A program made the position numbers and the translations under genes. From contig DDXO01000120.1 of the NCBI GenBank assembly GCA_002347155.1, forward strand, positions 17,709 through 81,708: a stretch of DNA of 64,000 nt, in the 5' to 3' direction. The notes below the pieces were generated by a model. It saw only the letters and a program-made list of their open reading frames with translations, made no database searches and was not told the origin of the DNA. The stretch is from a candidate division WOR-3 bacterium UBA2258. GTDB lineage: Bacteria; Hydrothermota; Tepidihabitantia; Tepidihabitantales; Tepidihabitantaceae. How positions within the stretch are numbered: position 1 is the stretch's first letter; each line of letters starts with the position of its first letter. Below, one piece after another: positions 8,134-17,869 of the stretch.

Positions 8134-8810
8134 CGCGGGCGGGCAAGCAGGGAGGCGAGGACGCCCAGCTCGAAGAGAAGAAGCAGCGGGACCGCCATCA
8201 GGGTCTGGCTGAACACGTCGGGCGGGCTCAGGACAGCCGCGACGACGAAAACGAGCACGACGGCAATCCGCTGGTTCTTCATCAGCAGCCGGGGGGTGAC
8301 CACACTCAGCTTGGTGAGGAAGAACATGATTACCGGTAGCTGGAAGATAACGCCGCAGGCGAGCAGGAACGCGCCCACCGTGCCGACGTACTCGCCGATG
8401 GAGAGCATTGCCTGGAGCTTCGGGCTCTGGAAGCTCAGAAGGAACTTCATCGCGACCGGTACGACCACCAGGTAGGAGAATGCGACCCCGGCGACGAACA
8501 GCACCGATGAGACGACCACCGCCGCCGCGATGTACTTGACCTCATGCTTGTACAGCGCGGGCCGGACGAACCGCCAGAACTGATAGAAAATCACCGGCGA
8601 AGCGATGAAAAGACCCGTGACCAGGGCAACTTTGAGCTGGACGACAAAGGCCTCGGCCGGGGCGAGATACACGAGCTTCGGCACCGGACGGGTCAGCAGG
8701 TCGAGCACCCGCTGCGAGACGAAGAACCCCGCGACCGCCGCTACGCCCACGGCGATCAGCGCGTAGAAGATACGTTTGCGGAGCTCTTCGAGATGGTCGA
8801 GGAAGGTCAC
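8112..8810 (-). CDS. tatC: twin-arginine translocase subunit TatC
   Basis: LEELRKR, PAEAFVVQLK, and six TM-like segments typical of TatC. Located downstream of tatA. Confidence 0.9.
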   Translation of the reverse strand: MTFLDHLEELRKRIFYALIAVGVAAVAGFFVSQRVLDLLTRPVPKLVYLAPAEAFVVQLKVALVTGLFIASPVIFYQFWRFVRPALYKHEVKYIAAAVVVSSVLFVAGVAFSYLVVVPVAMKFLLSFQSPKLQAMLSIGEYVGTVGAFLLACGVIFQLPVIMFFLTKLSVVTPRLLMKNQRIAVVLVFVVAAVLSPPDVFSQTLMAVPLLLLFELGVLASLLARPRTGPLDH

Positions 8811-8816
8811 TTGGAT

Positions 8817-8853
8817 AGTGATCTAGTGGTCAGGTGGTCTAGCGGTCCAGTGG
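8817..8853. repeat. (AGTGGTC)n-type repeat tract between tatA and tatC
   Basis: See 8098-8133. Confidence 0.6.
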
Positions 8854-8953
8854 CAGGAGGGAAGTCCTGCGGCTTGGCCATTACGGATTGAGACTACGCG
8901 GAGAACCACTCTGTTCGTGCACTTGTGCACTGGAGCACTAGAGCACTATCGGC

Positions 8954-9148
8954 TCAGTCCGCCTTCGGCCCTTCGTCTTCCTTGTGGTTCTTCTCGGGTT
9001 CGTTCGTGTCGATGTCCTTCATGCCCTGTTTCAGCTCGCGCACGCCCCGACCGATGGAGCGCATCACCTCGGGTATCCGCTTGGCCCCGAACAGCAGCAG
9101 GACGATGAGGACGATGAGCAGTATTTCCTGCCAGCCTACTCCAAACAT
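8954..9148 (-). CDS. tatA: twin-arginine translocase TatA/E family subunit
   Basis: MFGVGWQEILLIVLIVLLLFGAKRIPEVMRSIGRGVRELKQ is the canonical TatA N-terminal TM plus amphipathic helix. Confidence 0.85.
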   Translation of the reverse strand: MFGVGWQEILLIVLIVLLLFGAKRIPEVMRSIGRGVRELKQGMKDIDTNEPEKNHKEDEGPKAD

Positions 9149-9445
9149 GGGTGGTTACCTCCGGGCAGTTCGAGTTCTTTCACGTCCAGACTATAGGTTC
9201 ATGGCTGCCGCAGGTCAAGCGACTACCGCCCCGGAACCGACATTGCGGCCACGAAAGAAAGACACGAAACCGATGGGTGCAGAATACCCCGATTCCGTTT
9301 CACTCAGTCTTCGTGGCTGTCAATATCGGAATCAGGGTACCGGACAGCGCTTGACCGGGCTGCAAGGCTGCGGGATAATCACAGTGATTGTGAGTGCCGC
9401 ATATCCGCCGGCGTTGTCCAACCTGTCCGGAACCACGGAGGAACA

Positions 9446-10765
9446 TTGAAGGAAGTATCAAGGCGTGATTTTCTGAAGTACGTCGGGGCCGGCGCGCTCG
9501 GGCTCGCCGTCAAACCCGGGCTTTTGTCCGCGCTCGACCGGCGGTTCCCGCCCGCGCTGCTCGCGAGCGACGTGGTCCAGTGCTTCCACGACGACGCGAC
9601 CAGCGGCAGTACCATCAACGAGGCCGTTGTACAGATGATGGTGGACGAGTCGATAATGGCGCTCGCCGGTATCCGCAACGTCGGCGAGGCATGGGAGACT
9701 ATCTTCCCCGGTATCACCGAGACCTCTGTCATCGGCATCAAGGTCAACTGCATCAACTCGCAGCTTCCCACCCACCCGGCAGTCGTGCGCTGCATCTGCA
9801 GCGGACTGGCCCGGATGGACGTCGGCGGCTCCTCGTTCAAGAAGAACAACATCATCATCTGGGACCGGACCAACAGCGAGCTGACCGGCTCGGGCTACAC
9901 GAAGTACACCGGCAGCGACCCGGACACAGTCCGCTGCTTCGGCACCAACGAGTCCGGCGTCGGCTACGACAACGACGTTACCTTCGACGTCTACGGCTCT
10001 ACCCAGCACCCCAGCAAGATTCTGTCCCAGATGGTGGACTACCTGATTGACGCCGCCGTGCTCAAGACCCACAGCCAGGGTGTAATCACCCTGAACATGA
10101 AGAACCACTACGGCTCGGTCAACAGCCCCGGCAGCCTCCAGCACTCAAGCGGCTGCAGCCCGGCGGTTCCGTCGTTGAACCAGCAAATCCGTGACGTCAT
10201 CACGCCGAACAACATTCAGAAGCTCTTCTTCACCGACGGCCTGTTCGGTCTCTACTCCGGCGGGCCGGGCGGCCCGCCCAATTTCAACCCCAAGCTGCTG
10301 CTGATGAGCAGGGACCCGGTCGCCTGCGACAAGCAGGGCCAGAACGTCATCAATGTCGAGCGCGCGAAGCACAGCCTGCCCGCACTGAACGCACCCATGA
10401 TAACAACCGCAGCCGAGCCGCCCTACAGCCTCGGCTCGCTCGACATCAATCTCATCGAACTGAACAACGTTGCCGTCGGCGACTCGGGCCGTCCGGTTCC
10501 CGCTGACGGCGTGTTTGCGGTCTCGCCGGAACCGGTACGGGACCGGGCCACCGTCACGTTCGCGGTGTCACGTCCGGGACCGGTGTCGCTCGATCTCGTT
10601 GACGCCGCGGGCCGAACCAGGGCGCGCCTGTTCGCCGGCACGCTCAGCAAGGGGCGGCACAACGTGGACTGGCATGCCGGCCGGAGCCTGGCCGGCGGGG
10701 CCTACTTCCTCCGGCTGAACAGTGCCGGCGCCGTCAGGGTCCGCAAAGTCCAGGTAGTAAACTAG
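9446..10765 (+). CDS. DUF362 domain protein with Tat signal peptide and C-terminal T9SS (Por) sorting domain
   Basis: N-terminus MKEVSRRDFLKYVGAGALGLA has a twin-arginine motif. There is a DUF362-like core. The C-terminal ~80 aa (...ATVTFAVSRPGPVSLDLVDAAGRTRARLFAGTLSKGRHNVDWHAGRSLAGGAYFLRLNSAGAVRVRKVQVV) matches the T9SS type-A CTD pattern. Start is TTG, with a GGAGGA RBS. Confidence 0.75.
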   Translation: MKEVSRRDFLKYVGAGALGLAVKPGLLSALDRRFPPALLASDVVQCFHDDATSGSTINEAVVQMMVDESIMALAGIRNVGEAWETIFPGITETSVIGIKVNCINSQLPTHPAVVRCICSGLARMDVGGSSFKKNNIIIWDRTNSELTGSGYTKYTGSDPDTVRCFGTNESGVGYDNDVTFDVYGSTQHPSKILSQMVDYLIDAAVLKTHSQGVITLNMKNHYGSVNSPGSLQHSSGCSPAVPSLNQQIRDVITPNNIQKLFFTDGLFGLYSGGPGGPPNFNPKLLLMSRDPVACDKQGQNVINVERAKHSLPALNAPMITTAAEPPYSLGSLDINLIELNNVAVGDSGRPVPADGVFAVSPEPVRDRATVTFAVSRPGPVSLDLVDAAGRTRARLFAGTLSKGRHNVDWHAGRSLAGGAYFLRLNSAGAVRVRKVQVVN

Positions 10766-10776
10766 GAGCAGCAGCC

Positions 10777-11310
10777 ATGAAGCGACTGATGACTTTCTGT
10801 ATCGCCCTGCTCTGCCTTTCCTGCACCGGGCCGACGAACAGGCCGGTCGACGTAGTCACGCTCGTGCCCGGAGACAACGAAATCAGCGGCTGGACCAGAA
10901 GCTCGCCCATGCAGGTGGCCGAGACCGGAACCCAGCTCGAGGCAATGATCGACGGCGAGGCCGTACCCTATGAGGACAATCACTTCGTCAAGTGCGCGTT
11001 CCAGAACTTCTCCGGCGGCATCGGCGGCAGCGCGGTCGAACTCGCCCTCCGTATCTTCGACATGGGCGACACTACCAACGCGAAGAACGTCTACGCTGCG
11101 GTCGCGGCCGGCACCGAGGTGCCGTGGTCCGGCGATAACCCCGGCGTCGAGGCGCGTACCGACGAGAGCTTCCTGTTCGCCTACCGGGTTGAGTTCCGCG
11201 ACGGACGGTTCTATTTCCGCGCCGATATCATGGACAAGTCGACCGCTGCCCAGGATATTGCCAAGCTCTTTGCCCGGAACGTCTCGTCGGCAATCCGGGA
11301 TACCATCTAG
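10777..11310 (+). CDS. hypothetical lipoprotein
   Basis: MKRLMTFCIALLCLSCTG is a signal peptide with a lipobox-like LSC. RBS AGGAGCA. Confidence 0.5.
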   Translation: MKRLMTFCIALLCLSCTGPTNRPVDVVTLVPGDNEISGWTRSSPMQVAETGTQLEAMIDGEAVPYEDNHFVKCAFQNFSGGIGGSAVELALRIFDMGDTTNAKNVYAAVAAGTEVPWSGDNPGVEARTDESFLFAYRVEFRDGRFYFRADIMDKSTAAQDIAKLFARNVSSAIRDTI

Positions 11311-11322
11311 CGGGAGGCGAAG

Positions 11323-12234
11323 GTGAATCGACGCGACTTCATCAAGACCGGTCTCGGGATCGCCGCTGCCGCAATGCTCCCCCGGCGGCTGTTTGGCGCC
11401 GAGCCGAAGCAGCCCGCCGGCTCGGCAGTCGCCGTTGCGCGCGGCGCGCGCACCAAGCTCGCCAAAGGAGCGGTCGACCAGCTCGGCGGAATGGGCAGGT
11501 TTGTACGGCCCGGGGACAAGGTCTGCATCAAACCCAACATCTCGTTCGCCGCGAACAGCGAGTGTGGCGCGACCACGAGCGCGGATGTAGCCAGGCAGGT
11601 TGTGCAGCTCTGCCTCGATGCCGGCGCGGCCCGCGTGGTGCTGTTCGACCACACTATCCAGGAGGCGGCTCTCTGCGTGGAGCGGAGCGGCATCAAGACG
11701 GCAATCGTGGACGAGACCAAGGTCAGCCTGCTTACGCTCACGAAGGAGCGCCAGTTCGCCGACACACCCATTCCTAACGGCAAGGAGCTGAAGTCGGTCA
11801 AGCTCGCCAAGGTCCTGCTCGAGTCCGACAAGTTCATCAATCTGCCCACCGCCAAGTCCCATTCGGCGACCGGCGTGAGCCTCGGCATGAAAGGGCTGCT
11901 GGGGGCCATCTGGGACCGGGGAGCGCTCCACAAGGTCAACCTGCATCAGGCCATCGCCGACCTGGCCTCGGTCGTTCGGCCGGACCTGACCATCATCGAC
12001 GCAACCCGGGCCCTGACCAGCGGCGGACCGGGCGGGCCGGGCAAGACCGTCGGCCTGAACATGGTCATCGCCGGCGCCGACCCGGTCGCGGTCGACTCGT
12101 ACACAGTCGGCATCACCCAGTGGTACAACAAATCGTTCACCGGCAAGGGCGTCAAACACATCGTCGCGGCCGCCGAAATGGGCCTGGGCGAAATCGACAC
12201 CGCGAAGATGAGCATCAAGCAGGTCACAGTCTGA
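11323..12234 (+). CDS. DUF362 domain protein with Tat signal
   Basis: MNRRDFIKTGLGIAAAAMLP (RRxFIK). GDKVCIKPNISF is DUF362-like. GTG start preceded by GGGAGG. Confidence 0.75.
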   Translation: MNRRDFIKTGLGIAAAAMLPRRLFGAEPKQPAGSAVAVARGARTKLAKGAVDQLGGMGRFVRPGDKVCIKPNISFAANSECGATTSADVARQVVQLCLDAGAARVVLFDHTIQEAALCVERSGIKTAIVDETKVSLLTLTKERQFADTPIPNGKELKSVKLAKVLLESDKFINLPTAKSHSATGVSLGMKGLLGAIWDRGALHKVNLHQAIADLASVVRPDLTIIDATRALTSGGPGGPGKTVGLNMVIAGADPVAVDSYTVGITQWYNKSFTGKGVKHIVAAAEMGLGEIDTAKMSIKQVTV

Positions 12235-12262
12235 TTGGCGGCTGCCGCGTGACGATTGCCGC

Positions 12263-13804
12263 ATGAAGACGGACGCGGAAGCCGCACCGCGCCGAGTGAA
12301 GCCCGGCAACGGCCTCCGCCTGCTCCGCCGGCTGATACAACTGGCGTTCCTCCTTATCTTCGTCGTGCTCTTCGCTCGTATCCGCTACGGCCTGTCGCCT
12401 GCCTTCTCCGACGTTTTCTTCCGCCTCGACCCGCTGGTCTTCGTCGTCACCTCGATCGCAACCCGCACGCTCCTCTTGACCGGCCTGCTCTCGCTCGTAG
12501 TCGTCGTCGCTACGCTCCTCTTCGGCCGGTTCTTCTGCGGCTTCGTCTGTCCGCTCGGCACGACCATTGACCTGGCCGGCGCGGTACTCAAACGCCGGAG
12601 CTCTCGGGCAACAGGCTGGCGCCGGGGCAAGTTCTTCACGCTCATCCTGCTTATCGTCGCGGCCGCTGCCGGTGCTTCATTCCTCGGGTTCCTCGACCCG
12701 CTGGCCATCCTTTCGCGCTCGCTCGCGCTCGTCTTCTATCCGGTCACATCGCACTTCGCCGGACTGGTCTCGATCGTGCGGCCGGCGGTCTTCACTGAGA
12801 CTATCCTCGCCCTCGCAACGCTGCTCGTCATCCTCGGGCTCGGCTGCGCTGCCCCGCGCTTCTGGTGCCGGAACCTCTGCCCCCTCGGCGGGCTGCTCGG
12901 GTTCCTGGCCAAGTTCTCTATTCTCAAGTTCTCGTTCCGCGGTGACTGCCGGACTTGCGGGCTGTGCGAAAGAGCCTGCCCGACCGGCGCGATTGACTCC
13001 GCGCACCGGAAGGTCGATGCGGCCGAGTGCATCGGCTGTCTGGCCTGCCTGCACGCCTGTCCGGATCGCGTCATCGCGTACGCGGCAAGTCCCGCGCCGC
13101 AGCCCGTGGACGTCGGCCGCCGCGAGGCACTCGTGGCGCTCGGCTCAGGCCTGGTTGCGGCGCCGCTGGCAAGGTCCGTCGTCCACGCCCGACTGCAGGG
13201 CCGGCTGCTGCGGCCGCCGGGCGCGATTCCGGAACCCGATTTCCTGAACGCCTGCATCCGCTGCGGCCGTTGCATGAAGGCCTGCCCGACCAATGGGCTT
13301 CAGCCGGCCGTCCTGGAATCCGGGTTCGACGGGCTCTGGACGCCGCGCCTGGTACCGCGCATCGGCGCGTGCGAGAAGAACTGCAATCTCTGCGGTCAGG
13401 TCTGCCCGACCGGGGCCATCCGCAACCTGCCGCTCGAGGAGAAGACCTATGCGCGCATCGGCACCGCGGTCGTGGACCGGTCGCGCTGCCTTGCCTGGGA
13501 GCAGAACCGGGCCTGCCTGGTCTGCGACGAAGCCTGCCCCTACAACGCCATCGACTCGCGCAACGAGACGACACTGGGCACAACGCTCGGCCGGCCGTTC
13601 GTAAACGAGGAGGCCTGCGTCGGCTGCGGCCTCTGCGAGTCGCGCTGCCCGGTCGACGGCCCGGCCGCGATCCAGGTCTTCGCGATGGCCGCGGACCGGA
13701 AGAGAACCGGCTGGTACAAGACGCCGGGGAAGGAACGACTCCGCTCCTGCGGTGAAGAACCGCAGGAGGACATCCCCTCCGGCTTCATCCAGGAAGAAAG
13801 CTGA
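12263..13804 (+). CDS. membrane-bound 4Fe-4S polyferredoxin (NapH/MauN/NosR-type 4Fe-4S binding protein)
   Basis: N-terminal TM helices with FFCGFVCPLGT. Multiple CxxCxxCxxxCP motifs: CRTCGLCERACP, CIGCLACLHACP, CIRCGRCMKACP, CNLCGQVCP, CLVCDEACP, CVGCGLCESRCP. Confidence 0.8.
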   Translation: MKTDAEAAPRRVKPGNGLRLLRRLIQLAFLLIFVVLFARIRYGLSPAFSDVFFRLDPLVFVVTSIATRTLLLTGLLSLVVVVATLLFGRFFCGFVCPLGTTIDLAGAVLKRRSSRATGWRRGKFFTLILLIVAAAAGASFLGFLDPLAILSRSLALVFYPVTSHFAGLVSIVRPAVFTETILALATLLVILGLGCAAPRFWCRNLCPLGGLLGFLAKFSILKFSFRGDCRTCGLCERACPTGAIDSAHRKVDAAECIGCLACLHACPDRVIAYAASPAPQPVDVGRREALVALGSGLVAAPLARSVVHARLQGRLLRPPGAIPEPDFLNACIRCGRCMKACPTNGLQPAVLESGFDGLWTPRLVPRIGACEKNCNLCGQVCPTGAIRNLPLEEKTYARIGTAVVDRSRCLAWEQNRACLVCDEACPYNAIDSRNETTLGTTLGRPFVNEEACVGCGLCESRCPVDGPAAIQVFAMAADRKRTGWYKTPGKERLRSCGEEPQEDIPSGFIQEES

Positions 13805-14034
13805 CCGCGCTCCTCCTCAGCCTTGTCGCGGCGACCGCACAGGGCACGGCCGGCCGGCCGATAGTCCTCGACGGAGTCACCGATGCGTTTGCCTCCGAGT
13901 TCGTCTTCTTCGCGACCGAATACGGCATCTACACCTTCAACCGGACCTCGGCGACCTGGAGCCGTATCACCACGGCCAGCGGCCTGCCCTCGAACCGTGC
14001 ACTCGCGCTCGGGCTCGACGAGGGCGTACTCTGG

Positions 14035-17000
14035 GTGGCGACCGATTCCGGCCTTGCCTCGGCCGACGTAAGGGTCAACGACTGGCAGACCTACGACCTG
14101 CGCGGTACCGTGCGCGCGCTCGCGTTCGATGACCGCTATGTCTGGGCCGGCGGCGACTCCGGCCTCGCGCGGTTCGACAAGTTCTCGGAGACCTGGCAGC
14201 AGCGCTCGGAGGCACCGGTTCTCGCCCTGCTGGCTGCGGCGGAACGCGTCTGGATTGCCACCGCTACCGGCGTGCTCAGCTACGACCAGAAGTTCGACCG
14301 AATCGACGCGACGCCGGCGCCGGCCGACTCCTATACCCGCATAGTCGATACGCGGAATTCAATCTGGTTTGCAGGCCGGGTGCGGCTCGCCGGCTACCGG
14401 AAGGCCACGGCTTCGTGGACCGAATACAGCGCGATCCCCGCCGCCGACTTCTCGGTGCTCGGCGATTCCATCCTCTTCGCTGAAGACGGCGGACCGCTGG
14501 TCTATGATCCCGGCTCGGACCGCTGGGGTAAGCCGCAGCTCATCGGAATGCCCGACGTCGTGACCGATGCTTTCCTCTCGTCGTCGGAGATGCTCTTCGC
14601 GTCCGACCAGGGGCTCGTCATCATCGACACCAGAGAGAACACCCGGCAGGTCTGGACCAGGAGCAATGGCCTCGCTGATGACAGGCTCGTGCGGGTCTAC
14701 TGCGACCAGCGGTTCATCTACGCCCTGACCGCAGGCGGAATTCAGTACTTCGACCGCCAGCAGAAGCTCTGGAAACAGGAGGGTTTTGTACTGCCGCAGG
14801 CCCGCAGGAGGCAGCTTGCCTGGCTCGACGACGCGGGCGCCCACCTGGGTATCGTCCCCGACACCGACATCCGTCTGTCCGGCCGCGCCTACTACTCCCA
14901 GTCGCGGGTGTTCTCTGGCAGCAGCGGCACAACCAGCGACTTCGAGAACATCGGCCTGAACCTTCTGGCCCGGCATCGGTCCGGCCGCGCCCTCTCGCTC
15001 TTCTACGACGACTCGGACCGCGACCTCGTCGCCTATGGCCTCGGGTACCGCGGAGTGGGTCCCGACGTGCTCCACCGTGCGAATGCGGGGAAGCTCAAGT
15101 CCGAGTACTCGGAATTTGATCTCATACCGCCGTTCTCGACCCTCGGCGCGAATGCGCGTCTCATTCTTCCCCAATCCCCGGCCGCTAACCCCCGGGCCCT
15201 TTCGCTTGACCTGCAGGGCGGCCGCATCGAGTCGGCCCTGCGCAGCGACTTCTTCACGGGACGCTCGGTCGACAAGGAAGTCAGGCGGCCCGACATCGAC
15301 TACGCCCGCGGCGTCTTATACCGCCTGCCTTCACCAGCCGCCTCGCAGTGGGACACGGTGTTCGCCGACGACCGCATCCCGACAACGAACACCCCGAAGA
15401 CTCGCGTCGGTTGGACGGTCGGCGACGTCACCGGCGACTTCGACCCGCTCCTGCGCGGCTCCGACTACTTCGTTGACCGGGCCGGTAGCGTCATCTATTT
15501 CGTCGGCGCGCGCAAGCCCGGTGACATACTCGTGTTTGTCGGCAACGCGGGTGCACAGGTTCTCCAGTCCGAGTCCGTAGCCGGGAATGCGCTCCGGAAC
15601 ACGTACTTCTTCGGCCCGGACATCACGCCCGGGTCGTTCGAACTCCAAATCACCGATACCACGGGCGCGGTCCACGCCCTTTCCGGATTCGGCATCGACG
15701 ACGACAACGACGGCCGCGTGGACCCGGCCCATCTGGACCACGACCTCGGCTTTCTCTCTTTCCCTTCGCCCCTGGTCGCTGACTCGCTGGCCCCTTCCGT
15801 CTACTCGCTCCGCGCCACCTACCGCTCGCAATCGACCTTCTACAGCCTGACTCACAAGCCGGTGGTCAAGAACAGCGAAACCGTCGTCGTTGACGGTGCG
15901 GTGATGGCCCGCGGCTCCGACTATGTGCTGGACTACACCTCGGGCATCCTGCTGTTCCTGAAGAAAGACGTGGTCACCGACTACAGCCAGATTGACTTGC
16001 GCTACTCCACGGTCGAGCGGCCCGATTCGTGGACGACCAGGGACCTGCTCTTCTCCGCCCAGCCCGGCTTCACCCTTCTCGACTCGTCGTTCTCGGCTCA
16101 GCTTGCTCCCGGCTTCACGCGAGTGGCGGGCGAGAACATCGTCCACCTCTCCGGCCGGGCCGAGGCCGGAGCCGGCACGGACAAGAGCATCAGGTTTGTG
16201 CCCCAGTTCGCGGTCCGCTGTCCGACCGGGGCCGCTGCGGCCAACAGCGACAAGGCGCTGGCCCAGGACTACTCGTTGAGCGGCAACTTCGGCGTGTTCA
16301 GCGCCGCGGCGCAGTACCGCGGGTTCGGCCCGGGTTTCGAGGAGTTCGGGGCCGGAGAACGGCGCTACGGCGTGCTCCGCCATGCGGCCGCGTTCTCGGC
16401 CGGGGCCGAACCCTTGTCGCATCTCCGCGTCGACGGCACGGCTAGGCGTGACTACGTCGCCGACCCGCTTGCGCCGGACGCGGCGCTGCTGACTGCCGAC
16501 TACTTGTCCGGCAAACTCAGCTACGTCAACCCGAAGTACCCGAGCGGATTCGTGCTCTGCGCCAACGACCGCCTGCCGGACGGGAACCGGCTCCGGGCCA
16601 AAGCGAACGCCGGCTACGAGTTCACACTCCTCAAATCCAGGCTCAAGCTCAACGGCATCGTCCAGAACAGCTCACTTGAGCACTTGAGCACTAGTGCACT
16701 AGAGCACTCTCTTGAGTACATCGCCGAGGCGACCTTCGCCCTGCCCTTCCCGGTCCAGGGCAGCATCCGTTATCGAAACAACGGCCTCTCAAGCGACGGT
16801 ACGCAAACCCGCCGCGAGGACGAACTCCGCGGCCAGCTCAACATCGACGTCGTCCCGGGGTTATACTACACCGGATCCTACAACCTCCTGACCGGGATGA
16901 GTTCGCTCGGCGCCACCCGGGACCTTGAACTTGAGGGCTACCTGTACAACAACCTGCAGGTCGCACCCGGCCGCTGGTGGTCGAAGCTGTCGGTCGTCAA

Positions 17001-17742
17001 TCTCTCGGTCGGAACCGGCTCCAACTTCGACGAGTACGTCCGGAACCTCGTCTCCAACTTCATCCCGCCGCTGCTTCTCATCCGGCCGCTGGACAACCGT
17101 AGTTCATCATTCGACGTTTCCTCCGCGAGTGACCTGCGGACGCTGTACGGTAACGTCCAACTGCAGCCCGCTGCCGGTCTGACTCTCCACGCCAAACGGA
17201 CGATGAGCAACACCGGTACGGCCTACTACGGCCTGCCCGAGCTGAAGCCCTCTACCGATGACGAACTGAAGGCGGAGTATGAGCCGGGCCGGCTCGGACT
17301 CTTCACCGCGCAGTTCAATTCGCGGGCTGCGCCCGGCCTGCCGAAGACGACGCGCAGGAACGCCTATTTCGAGTGGAACATGCCCTGGTCGCAACTCCTC
17401 CGCACGCGGCTCACCGCCACCTACGGATTCGACGACGAGTACTACGGGCCGACGCTGACCCTGCGCCCGCGGAGTGTCGCGCCGAACGTCGAGGCCCTTT
17501 TCCAGTTCAGCGCCCGCTCTTACGCAACCCTTGGCTTGGGAGCAGGCTGGGAACAACGCACCTTCTCTGCCGCGGGCTCAGGCTGGATTGCCGACCCCTG
17601 GAAGGTCTCGCTCCGCCCGGCCGCAGGATTGAACCTGAACCTGCTCCGCTTCCTCTACGTCCAGCTCACCTACCAGTCCGGCCTGGTGCTGTCCGGAACG
17701 TCTACGCACACTCTGTCCGGCCGCCTTACTGCTCAGTTCTAG
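14035..17742 (+). CDS. large secreted/outer-membrane protein: N-terminal beta-propeller-like repeats, C-terminal beta-barrel-like region ending in Phe
   Basis: A 1235 aa ORF from GTG 14035. The in-frame coding-like sequence with a signal-peptide-like stretch (LTALLLSLVAATAQG...) extends upstream to 13801 with no canonical start (see findings). The protein has repeated G..W..T..GL..FD motifs. The C-terminus ...LTAQF is OMP-like. Confidence 0.65.
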   Translation: MATDSGLASADVRVNDWQTYDLRGTVRALAFDDRYVWAGGDSGLARFDKFSETWQQRSEAPVLALLAAAERVWIATATGVLSYDQKFDRIDATPAPADSYTRIVDTRNSIWFAGRVRLAGYRKATASWTEYSAIPAADFSVLGDSILFAEDGGPLVYDPGSDRWGKPQLIGMPDVVTDAFLSSSEMLFASDQGLVIIDTRENTRQVWTRSNGLADDRLVRVYCDQRFIYALTAGGIQYFDRQQKLWKQEGFVLPQARRRQLAWLDDAGAHLGIVPDTDIRLSGRAYYSQSRVFSGSSGTTSDFENIGLNLLARHRSGRALSLFYDDSDRDLVAYGLGYRGVGPDVLHRANAGKLKSEYSEFDLIPPFSTLGANARLILPQSPAANPRALSLDLQGGRIESALRSDFFTGRSVDKEVRRPDIDYARGVLYRLPSPAASQWDTVFADDRIPTTNTPKTRVGWTVGDVTGDFDPLLRGSDYFVDRAGSVIYFVGARKPGDILVFVGNAGAQVLQSESVAGNALRNTYFFGPDITPGSFELQITDTTGAVHALSGFGIDDDNDGRVDPAHLDHDLGFLSFPSPLVADSLAPSVYSLRATYRSQSTFYSLTHKPVVKNSETVVVDGAVMARGSDYVLDYTSGILLFLKKDVVTDYSQIDLRYSTVERPDSWTTRDLLFSAQPGFTLLDSSFSAQLAPGFTRVAGENIVHLSGRAEAGAGTDKSIRFVPQFAVRCPTGAAAANSDKALAQDYSLSGNFGVFSAAAQYRGFGPGFEEFGAGERRYGVLRHAAAFSAGAEPLSHLRVDGTARRDYVADPLAPDAALLTADYLSGKLSYVNPKYPSGFVLCANDRLPDGNRLRAKANAGYEFTLLKSRLKLNGIVQNSSLEHLSTSALEHSLEYIAEATFALPFPVQGSIRYRNNGLSSDGTQTRREDELRGQLNIDVVPGLYYTGSYNLLTGMSSLGATRDLELEGYLYNNLQVAPGRWWSKLSVVNLSVGTGSNFDEYVRNLVSNFIPPLLLIRPLDNRSSSFDVSSASDLRTLYGNVQLQPAAGLTLHAKRTMSNTGTAYYGLPELKPSTDDELKAEYEPGRLGLFTAQFNSRAAPGLPKTTRRNAYFEWNMPWSQLLRTRLTATYGFDDEYYGPTLTLRPRSVAPNVEALFQFSARSYATLGLGAGWEQRTFSAAGSGWIADPWKVSLRPAAGLNLNLLRFLYVQLTYQSGLVLSGTSTHTLSGRLTAQF

Positions 17743-17869
17743 CGTCCCGCCCCGGCCTCCCGTCCATCGCTCAGGACAAGCCGCGCCGGCACGCTGAGCG
17801 GCTTCAGCACTTGACAACACGTCTGTGGAGGTGATACTGTCTCTTATCCTCGCTGGCTGGCGTGCTGAT

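Noticed and set aside
10762-12309. 515-aa minus-strand ORF
   Set aside because: Antisense to the lipoprotein and DUF362 genes, which carry signal peptides, RBSs and motifs. Its composition is Arg/Gly-rich.
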